A stretch of 64,000 bases of DNA, taken from the NCBI GenBank assembly GCA_000002445.1, contig AL929603.2, forward strand, positions 192,001 through 256,000, written 5' to 3'. The DNA is from Trypanosoma brucei. Lineage: Eukaryota. The notes beneath the pieces were generated by a model. The model was given only the letters and a program-made list of their open reading frames with translations, did not search any database and was not told where the DNA came from. The position numbers and the translations under genes were made by a program. Shown here one piece after another: positions 63,951-64,000 of this stretch (position 1 is its first letter; each line of letters opens with the position of its first letter).

Positions 63951-64000
63951 ATCAAAACAATAAACATCATTGAAAATGATGTGCAGGGCGCCACCGCCAA

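Noticed and set aside
1-64000. tRNA, snRNA, rRNA or spliced-leader genes; CRISPR arrays
   Set aside because: No GGTTCGAATCC-type T-arm boxes with matching acceptor stems and no rDNA-like blocks were found. All tandem repeats are protein-coding (BRC, PAKAETVKPVAV) and there are no short spacer-repeat arrays. Small snoRNA genes cannot be excluded by eye.

Overview
This window reads as nuclear DNA from a Trypanosoma brucei-group trypanosome, at the boundary between a retroelement/VSG-rich subtelomere-like segment and the start of a chromosome core. That placement is inferred from a VSG C-terminal domain with GPI signal, ingi/RIME-type non-LTR elements, a tandem PGKA/B/C locus and trans-splicing-style polypyrimidine intergenic tracts. 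Positions 1-7320 are a retroelement scrapyard: the 3' 4.4 kb of an ingi element (RT, RNase H, C2H2 fingers, RIME-type tail with poly(A)), nested into the 5' end of an inverted ingi (Pr77 hallmark, 2A-like DVEENPGP, AP-endonuclease). This abuts a VSG 3' pseudogene fragment, followed by a degenerate ingi-related element (DIRE-like). Positions 7321-11100 are an unusually AT-rich, ORF-free stretch. From 11.1 kb to the window end every convincing gene is on the minus strand, so this is a single polycistronic unit transcribed right-to-left that ends at the AT-rich stretch. In coordinate order it contains a hypothetical CDS, the RNA polymerase III second-largest subunit, a WD40 protein, a DOT1-type histone methyltransferase, two tandem PiT-family phosphate transporters (a 2.2-kb direct repeat), a hypothetical CDS, ASF1, and BRCA2 with 15 near-identical 132-bp BRC repeats. 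These are followed by three hypothetical CDSs, PGKC/PGKB/PGKA, an NB-ARC/STAND-like P-loop NTPase, a MORN protein, a protein with ~17 identical 42-bp repeats (EPAKAETVKPVAVP), a WD40 plus coiled-coil protein, an LRR protein, a helical hypothetical and a Kelch protein. No tRNA, rRNA, CRISPR or prokaryotic-type signals were seen. The most notable observations are that the repeat-unit variants in the BRCA2 and EPAKAETVKPVAVP arrays that I translated are all synonymous, the clustered divergent patches between the duplicated transporters, the nested ingi junctions with an intact Pr77 abutting VSG sequence, the STAND-like NTPase and the AT-rich terminal region of the unit.
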